Positions 24,738-32,000 of a stretch of DNA of 32,000 nt are shown piece after piece. A program made the position numbers and the translations under genes. This DNA comes from Schaalia odontolytica (GTDB lineage Bacteria > Actinomycetota > Actinomycetes > Actinomycetales > Actinomycetaceae), in NCBI RefSeq assembly GCF_005696695.1, contig NZ_CP040006.1, positions 270,001 through 302,000 on the forward strand, read 5' to 3'. Below the pieces are notes generated by a model, which worked only from the letters and a program-made list of their open reading frames with translations, was not told the DNA's origin and searched no databases. Each line of letters begins with the position of its first letter. Position 1 is the stretch's first letter.

Positions 24738-26453
24738 TCACGAGGAAGTCGGCGTGAAGGCGATGAGGCCCTCATCCGTCAGCCCGACCAGCAAATCGTC
24801 GTAGACCCACGTGTGGTTCCGTGCCGCCCTCAACTCGGCCGAGGTGTGCGCCTTGTTGTTCGCCATGTCGAAGAAATAGACGGTCTGTTCCTTGTATCCG
24901 ATGTTCAGAATGAACGCAGCGGTTCCGTCGGCGCTCGCACGCGCATGCGTGGGGGAGAAGGAACAGGGCGGACGGGTGCTGGAAGAAACCCCCACCAACC
25001 CCTCTGCGGAGTATTTCGCAACGCCTCCCGAGGTGTGCACCGTGAGGGTTTGGCACCCATCGCCGGTCGCCTCCAGCATGCCCGTCGTCCATGGTGTCCT
25101 GCCCGAGTCGAAGAAAGCATCCCACTCACTCAGAGTCGGCATGCGGCCATCTTCTGCGGGGATAATGTGCTTAAGGCTCGGCCCAAAAGTGCCCAGGGAA
25201 TTGCCGGACATGTCGAATTTTTCGAGCAACGTGGCGTTCTTACGCACGATGAGGCCATCGGAGGCCGGATACAGAGCGTCGTAGGAATAGGAACGGGCAT
25301 GAGCTAAACGCCCCTCTTGTCCAAAGGTTGTCACAACACCCGTGTGTACGTTGACGATCTGTGGGTTCCTGTAGTCATCGACGGGAACCAAGGCGGAAGC
25401 CTCCTCTCCGGTCCCAATCGTGCGCGGCCCATCCCATCGTGAGAGGGAGGAGTTACGGGATTGTTTTCCCGTAATGCTTTGCCACTGCTGTGTCCAGGAA
25501 CCGGATTCCTGCTTCCACCCGGCGCAGGTTTCCATGCCGGAACAGGTCACCAGGATGTCGTCGACCATGGCGATCGGATGGCCATCCTCCCACGGCGCCT
25601 GTGTCTGAATGCCCGTTGATTTCGAGATCAGGATATTTTCGACGGCGAGCCACTCGCCGACGGAGACGATGGAGAAATCTGCCCCCGAGTATGGGATCTC
25701 CATGGACCCGTCGTTGGATGTCCACAGCACGGTGGGCTCGGAGGAGGAGACGTCGATGGCTGCAAGAGAGATGGAATAGGAATGATGGTCCCGGGACACC
25801 ATGTAGAGCGTTGTGCCGTCGGCAAACAGGGTGGTTTCGAATGGCTTGTCAATGCCGCTGCGAGGTTCAGGAACGGTCCAGGCGACGCTCACGCCCGCAG
25901 CCCACTCCGACGAGAGAACGTTCGTGTTCGTGGCCGAACCCTTATAGCCCTGGGAGGCTACCGGCTGTGCGGCGGGCTTCGGAATCGCTGCGATGACACG
26001 CGGCAGCGCGAAAAGGAGAGCGATGACCGCGAGGCTCGCGGCGACGATGAGTGCTGCTTTCTTCCTCTGCAGTCGTACGTATGCCTGATGGCCCGCGATA
26101 CGCTCGGGGTTGGTGCGCGTGCGCGGAGGGCGAGCGCCTTTCCGGGGTGGGCTCGCGGGGGACGAGGCCTCGTCACGAGACGCCGACGATTGGGGTGTCG
26201 CCGTGGTTCGCGTCGCACCCGTGACGAGCGACCCCAGGACTGGCTTCAACGACGAGGTGACGCCCGACTGACCCGTCGCAGTGCCCTCTGACTGTCCGAT
26301 TGTGGGCGCGAAGCGATCGGGGACCGGCGAGGCACCGGTCGAAGACGCGCGGTCTGCGGGCTGCTCGGCGGTGCTCTGCGTCTTCGGCTCGCTTCCGGGC
26401 GCGGGGGTGGAATCCGCGTCCGGGGGAGCCCAGCGAGAAAAGTCGTTGCTCAC
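24738..26453 (-). CDS. paralog family member D (571 aa) with a Ser/Thr/Pro-rich cytoplasmic tail, function unknown
   Basis: Disordered tail of about 125 aa, then RLQRKK followed by TM ALIVAASLAVIALLFAL. Ectodomain carries the family motifs (GYKGSATNTNVLSSEWAAGV..AW, ISKSTGIQTQAPW, CSGMETCAGW, ARASADG, YFFD, VYDDLLVG....GLIAFTP). GTG start. Confidence 0.85.
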   Translation of the reverse strand: MSNDFSRWAPPDADSTPAPGSEPKTQSTAEQPADRASSTGASPVPDRFAPTIGQSEGTATGQSGVTSSLKPVLGSLVTGATRTTATPQSSASRDEASSPASPPRKGARPPRTRTNPERIAGHQAYVRLQRKKAALIVAASLAVIALLFALPRVIAAIPKPAAQPVASQGYKGSATNTNVLSSEWAAGVSVAWTVPEPRSGIDKPFETTLFADGTTLYMVSRDHHSYSISLAAIDVSSSEPTVLWTSNDGSMEIPYSGADFSIVSVGEWLAVENILISKSTGIQTQAPWEDGHPIAMVDDILVTCSGMETCAGWKQESGSWTQQWQSITGKQSRNSSLSRWDGPRTIGTGEEASALVPVDDYRNPQIVNVHTGVVTTFGQEGRLAHARSYSYDALYPASDGLIVRKNATLLEKFDMSGNSLGTFGPSLKHIIPAEDGRMPTLSEWDAFFDSGRTPWTTGMLEATGDGCQTLTVHTSGGVAKYSAEGLVGVSSSTRPPCSFSPTHARASADGTAAFILNIGYKEQTVYFFDMANNKAHTSAELRAARNHTWVYDDLLVGLTDEGLIAFTPTSS

Positions 26454-26459
26454 CCCTCG

Positions 26460-26468
26460 TTTCTACCA
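26460..26468 (-). promoter_or_regulatory. TGGTAGAAA motif, 6 nt before the paralog D GTG (candidate leaderless promoter)
   Basis: The minus strand reads GTGGTAGAAAcgagggGTGAGCAACGAC. Confidence 0.4.
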
Positions 26469-26564
26469 CACGCGCGCCTGCACTCTACGCTCATCTCTGG
26501 CCCCGGCCTCGTCCATCCGTGTGACGAGGTGCGGGCGCCCTCGCAGGCCACGCCCCCTCTCCGA

Positions 26565-26570
26565 TAGGAT
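26565..26570 (+). promoter_or_regulatory. -10-like hexamer TAGGAT, 6 nt before the thrC GTG (candidate leaderless promoter)
   Basis: Sequence is cgaTAGGATcgactcGTG. No SD. Confidence 0.4.
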
Positions 26571-26576
26571 CGACTC

Positions 26577-28034
26577 GTGCGCTACATTTCGACCCGACGC
26601 GGCCCCAACACGCCCACCCGTTCCTTCAGTGACATCCTCCTGGAAGGCCTCGCCCCCGACGGCGGCCTCTACCTGCCCGAGGAATACCCGACGCTGTCTC
26701 GCTCCGACCTGGACGAGCTGCGCATCGTCCTGCGCGAGGACGGCTACGCGGCCATGGCCGCCGGCATTATCTCCCTCTTCGTCGACGACATCCCGGCGAA
26801 CGACCTGAGCGCGATCACGGCCCGTGCCTACCGCACCCCCGCCTTCTCCGACCCCCAGATCGTCCCCGTCGACGCCCTGGAGGGCACCGACCTGCACCTC
26901 GCCCACCTGTCGAACGGCCCCACGGCCGCCTTCAAGGACATGGCGATGCAGCTCCTCGGTGAGCTCTTCGAATACGAGCTCACTCGCCGCGGCGACTGGC
27001 TCACCATCGTCGGCGCCACCTCCGGCGACACCGGCTCCTCCGCCGAGTACGCGCTGCGCGGCCGACGCGGCCTCTCCGTCGTCATGCTCACCCCCGCCGG
27101 CCGCATGACCGCCTTCCAGCGCGCCCAAATGTTCTCCCTCCTCGACGAGAACATCGTCAACGTCGCCGTCGACGGTGTCTTCGACGACTGTCAGGACCTC
27201 GTCAAGGCCGTCAACATGGACGCTGACTTCAAGGCCACCTGGCACGTGGGCGCCGTCAACTCCATCAACTGGGCGCGCCTGCTCGCCCAGGTCTGCTACT
27301 ACGTCGCCACCTGGCTGCGCGTCACCGAGGAAGGGGCCGACGCCTCGTCGAAGGTCAGTGTCGTCGTGCCCTCGGGCAACTTCGGCAACGTGTGCGCCGC
27401 CCACATCGCCCGCCAGATGGGCGTGCCGCTGGGAACCCTCGTCGTCGCCACGAACGAGAACGACGTCCTCGACGAGTTCTTCCGCACCGGCGTCTACCGC
27501 CCCCGCTCCTCCGCGGACACGCTGGCCACCTCCAGCCCGTCCATGGACATCTCCAAGGCCTCGAACTTCGAGCGCTTCATCTTCGACCTCATGGGCCGCG
27601 ACGGGGACGCCACCCGCGCCCTCTTCGACGTGGCGCTCGCCCGCGACGGCTACTTCGACCTGTCCGGCACTCCCGAGTTCGCGGCCCTGCGCGACACCTA
27701 CGGCTTCATCTCCGGCACCTCCTCGCACGCGGATCGCCTCGCCGAGATCGCGCGCACGGAGAAGGAAAGCGGCTACCTCCTCGACCCGCACACGGCCGAC
27801 GGCGTGCACGTCGCCCGCGCCGTGCGCCCGCAGATCGAGGGCCCGCTCGTCGTCATGGAGACCGCGCTGCCCGTCAAGTTCGCCGACACGATCCTCGAGG
27901 CCACCGGCCACCTCCCGCCTGTGCCCAAGCGCTTCGAAGGCATCGAAGGCCGCGAAGAGCGCGTCACGCCCCTCGCCAACTCCGTTGAGGACCTCAAGGC
28001 GCTCATTCGCGAGCGCGTGCGCCCCGGCGCCTGA
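26577..28034 (+). CDS. thrC: threonine synthase (long form)
   Basis: N-terminal YISTRRG...[21 protein letters not shown]-lysine motif [12 protein letters not shown] and SGDTGSSA. Confidence 0.93.
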   Translation: MRYISTRRGPNTPTRSFSDILLEGLAPDGGLYLPEEYPTLSRSDLDELRIVLREDGYAAMAAGIISLFVDDIPANDLSAITARAYRTPAFSDPQIVPVDALEGTDLHLAHLSNGPTAAFKDMAMQLLGELFEYELTRRGDWLTIVGATSGDTGSSAEYALRGRRGLSVVMLTPAGRMTAFQRAQMFSLLDENIVNVAVDGVFDDCQDLVKAVNMDADFKATWHVGAVNSINWARLLAQVCYYVATWLRVTEEGADASSKVSVVVPSGNFGNVCAAHIARQMGVPLGTLVVATNENDVLDEFFRTGVYRPRSSADTLATSSPSMDISKASNFERFIFDLMGRDGDATRALFDVALARDGYFDLSGTPEFAALRDTYGFISGTSSHADRLAEIARTEKESGYLLDPHTADGVHVARAVRPQIEGPLVVMETALPVKFADTILEATGHLPPVPKRFEGIEGREERVTPLANSVEDLKALIRERVRPGA

Positions 28035-28161
28035 GTTTTCTTTCGCTCGACGAGGCCCGAGCCCCCACCAGCGAAGCCGCACCGTTTCGCCTGACGGGGC
28101 CCGGGCCTCGTTACATACTCCCGGGGAGTGCCCGTTTCCCTCACCCCCTCGCCCCGCCAGG

Positions 28162-28167
28162 TAGGAT
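28162..28167 (+). promoter_or_regulatory. -10-like hexamer TAGGAT, 7 nt before the cysS ATG (candidate leaderless promoter)
   Basis: Sequence is ggTAGGATtggtgccATG. No SD. Confidence 0.4.
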
Positions 28168-28174
28168 TGGTGCC

Positions 28175-29632
<1,458 letters not shown>

Positions 29633-29659
29633 GCTGCGGCTGATCCGCGGCTGAGGCCG

Positions 29660-30615
29660 GGCTGCTTGATGCGCCCATGGGCGGCGGCCCGCCCGCTCGC
29701 CGTCCGCGCCGCGAGCTTCGCTCGGCGCGTCGGCTCGAAGCCCGGCCAGGCCCCGCCGCCGCCCACAGGCGCCGCAGCCAGGCCCTCCGGTCCCTCCGGT
29801 CCCTCCGGCGCCCTCCACACCAGTGGGGCCTGGTCGCTGTTGTCTGGTTCGGCGCGTTGTTTTGGCGCCTGTCCGGGCCCCGCCGCTGCCCCTGGGTATC
29901 GCATCTGGGTCCTGTAGACCAGACGGCCCGCTTGTCTGAAACCGCTGTCGCCTGTGCTCGTGAGTGCCTGCGTGGGCTTGAAACCGCCATCGCTTTTGCG
30001 GGCACAGGCTGAGCTTCGACTGAAACCGGCATCGCCTTTGCGGGTGAGAATTGGGTGCTTTTGGCGCGTTTTTCGGTTGCATTGGTGTTGCCGGTTTCAA
30101 TGGGTGTTGTTCAGGGGCGAGCATTGGTGATGGTGGTTTCACGCTGGCCTGTATCAGTGGTTGCAGAGGTGTCATTGGTTTCAAAGTCGCCACGGGCCGG
30201 GTCCTGCGCGTGAAAAAGTTCGCCCAGCACGGCCTGATTGTGGGTGTGAGCGTGAAAAAGTTCGCCCTGCGCGCTCGAAACACCCCAAATTTGACGTTTT
30301 TAAGGTTGCTGGGCGAACTTTGTCACGGGTTGAGTGGGGGAGAGGGCGTGCTGGGCGAATTATGTCACGCCTGCCGGCCCGCCACTGCCACCAGCCCCGG
30401 CCCGCCACTGCCTGCCGGCCCCACGGCCAGGCCTTGCGGTGCCTACGGCACCCTCCACATCGGTGACGGTGGGGGGTGTGCGCGACACGAAGCCTTCTAG
30501 CAGTGTGTCGTCGGTGTGTCGGACCCCCGTGTCGTGCAATTCCCCTGTTTGGCGGGTGTGAGTTTATGGCTTGGAGGACCCACGTGCGGATTGGCGGGTT
30601 AACGTGCGCGATCAG
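29660..30615 (+). repeat. composite non-coding intergenic repeat element, copy B
   Basis: Colinear with 6040-6850 in the same orientation. 27-bp CTGAAACCG..TCGCCTTTGCGGGTG-type motif at 29936-29962, 29977-30003 and 30020-30046. 16-bp motif at 30210-30225 and 30252-30267 (direct), and 30311-30326 and 30353-30368 (inverted). Terminal GGGTTAACGTGCGCG at 30596-30610. Boundaries are approximate. Confidence 0.8.
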
Positions 30616-30689
30616 CCCGATGCGAGTCGAGGCCGTACCCTGATAACCAGTCGACGCCGCGAGGCGTCGCCACAAATGGGGAGGAACGC

Positions 30690-31238
30690 ATGGAGTACGT
30701 GGCGCTGCTGCGCGGCATCAACGTCGGTGGCAAGAACAAGGTCGTCATGAGCGAGCTGCGCGAACAGATCGCCGCCGAAGGCTTCATAAACGTGCGCACC
30801 TACATCAACAGCGGCAACCTCCTCTTTGAGGCCGGGGCCGACGCCCCGCGCGATAACGTGGCCCAGGTGGTCGAGGACCTCCTGGCTCGCCGATACGACT
30901 TCCCGATCCGACTGGCCCTCCTGACGGTGCAGGACTACCTCGCGGAGCTGCACAGTCTCCCCGACTGGTGGCACGGTGAGGTCGCCCGCCGCGACGCGCT
31001 CTTCTACACACGAGGCCTGGACCGCTCCCACGTGCGTGAGCGCATCGAGGCGATGGAGCTCGGAGACGAGGCCGTACACTTCGGCGAGCACGCCGTGTTC
31101 TGGGGCAAGTTCGACGAGAAGAACTTCCTGAGGACCGCCTACCACAAGCGCCTCCTGCGCGAGGACTTCTATCGTCAGGTGACGATACGCTCCGGTTCGA
31201 CGGTCGAGAAGATCGCAGCCATGCTGTCGCAGGGCTGA
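30690..31238 (+). CDS. DUF1697 domain-containing protein
   Basis: N-terminal YVALLRGINVGGKNKVVMSELR is the hallmark of the DUF1697 family. GGGGAGGA SD upstream. Confidence 0.85.
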   Translation: MEYVALLRGINVGGKNKVVMSELREQIAAEGFINVRTYINSGNLLFEAGADAPRDNVAQVVEDLLARRYDFPIRLALLTVQDYLAELHSLPDWWHGEVARRDALFYTRGLDRSHVRERIEAMELGDEAVHFGEHAVFWGKFDEKNFLRTAYHKRLLREDFYRQVTIRSGSTVEKIAAMLSQG

Positions 31239-31347
31239 GGCTCGCCCCGCCCAATCGTGATTTTGGCCCCCGCGCGCGCCCCTGCGGCCCCGATGCAGCC
31301 CAAAACCCGTACGCTTGTGTCAGTTCACGAGAAAACGAGGAGACACC

Positions 31348-32000
31348 ATGGCCTCACACAGCGGGCGCCCCGGCGCCATCCGTAAGAAGGGCACCAAGAA
31401 GGGCGCGCAGGTCGGCACCGGCGGCCACTCGCGCCGCCGCCTCGAAGGCAAGGGCCCGACCCCCAAGGCCGAGGATCGCACCTACCATCCCGCCCACAAG
31501 CGCAAGGTCAAGCGCGAGGCCCGCGAGGCCCAGGAGGCCGCGATCGCGCGCGCCCGCGCCAAGTCGTCGATCCGCGTCAAGCCCGGCCACGAGCTGATCG
31601 CCGGCCGTAACCCGGTCGCCGAGGCCGCCCGCGCCTCGGTCCCGATCGAGCGCGTATTCGTCCTCGACAACGTGAAGGACGACCGCGTGGAGGAGGTTGT
31701 GCGCCTCGCCTCGGCCATGGGCGCCCCCGTTTACGAGGTCACCCGCCGCGACCTGGATGTCGCGACCGACGGTGCCGTCCACCAGGGCGTCGCCATCGAG
31801 GTGCGCGGCTACGAGTACGCCGATGCCTCGGATCTGATCGCGGGCTCTCTGCAGCAGCTGGGCCACCCGCTCCTCGTCGCCCTCGATCAGGTGACGGACC
31901 CCCACAACCTGGGCGCTGTCCTGCGTAGTGCGGGCGCGTTCGGTGCGGACGGCGTCATCATCCCCGAGCGTCGTAGCGCGGGCGTCAACACGACCGCATG
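31348..32000 (+). CDS. rlmB: 23S rRNA (guanosine-2'-O)-methyltransferase RlmB / TrmH-family SpoU methyltransferase, 3'-truncated by the window edge
   Basis: Absent from the ORF track because there is no stop before nt 32000. ATG at 31348 with GAGGAG 5 nt upstream. My translation gives a basic N-terminal tail (GRPGAIRKKGTKKG...), then an L30e-like substrate-binding domain (ELIAGRNPVAEA...) and the start of the SpoU domain (LVALDQVTDPHNLGAVLRSAGAFGADGVIIPERR). Confidence 0.85.
   Translation, partial: MASHSGRPGAIRKKGTKKGAQVGTGGHSRRRLEGKGPTPKAEDRTYHPAHKRKVKREAREAQEAAIARARAKSSIRVKPGHELIAGRNPVAEAARASVPIERVFVLDNVKDDRVEEVVRLASAMGAPVYEVTRRDLDVATDGAVHQGVAIEVRGYEYADASDLIAGSLQQLGHPLLVALDQVTDPHNLGAVLRSAGAFGADGVIIPERRSAGVNTTA

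Overview
High-GC (about two-thirds G+C by eye) actinobacterial chromosome segment, mostly housekeeping genes. In order: topA (3' part)-tmk-holB, a secreted alpha/beta hydrolase, tRNA-Thr(CGU), dps, ferrochelatase, a Cys/Met PLP enzyme, marR-ClC, lsr2, two lipoproteins (one OmpA-like), gpmA, carD-ispD, thrC, cysS, a DUF1697 gene and rlmB (5' part). No transposase, integrase, cas or recognisable defence genes were seen. The unusual part is about 16.9-26.5 kb. There the conserved actinobacterial carD-ispD-ispF-cysS-rlmB block is interrupted by a low-GC orphan membrane protein, a UMF1-type MFS transporter and four diverged paralogs. The paralogs are 475-633 aa single-pass membrane proteins of unknown function with beta-rich, Cys-containing ectodomains, arranged head to tail on the minus strand. 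ispF is inverted and sits between paralogs 3 and 4. Three paralogs share a duplicated module, TGnTAGAAA, then 6 nt, then a start codon encoding M(S/T)ND, which looks like a leaderless promoter. TANNNT hexamers 6-7 nt before the start codon recur at many other genes in the window. Two same-orientation copies of a roughly 0.8-0.95 kb composite non-coding repeat (about 6040-6850 and 29660-30615) carry reiterated 27-bp and 16-bp motifs. All functional calls come from reading motifs in the translated ORFs; no database search was possible.
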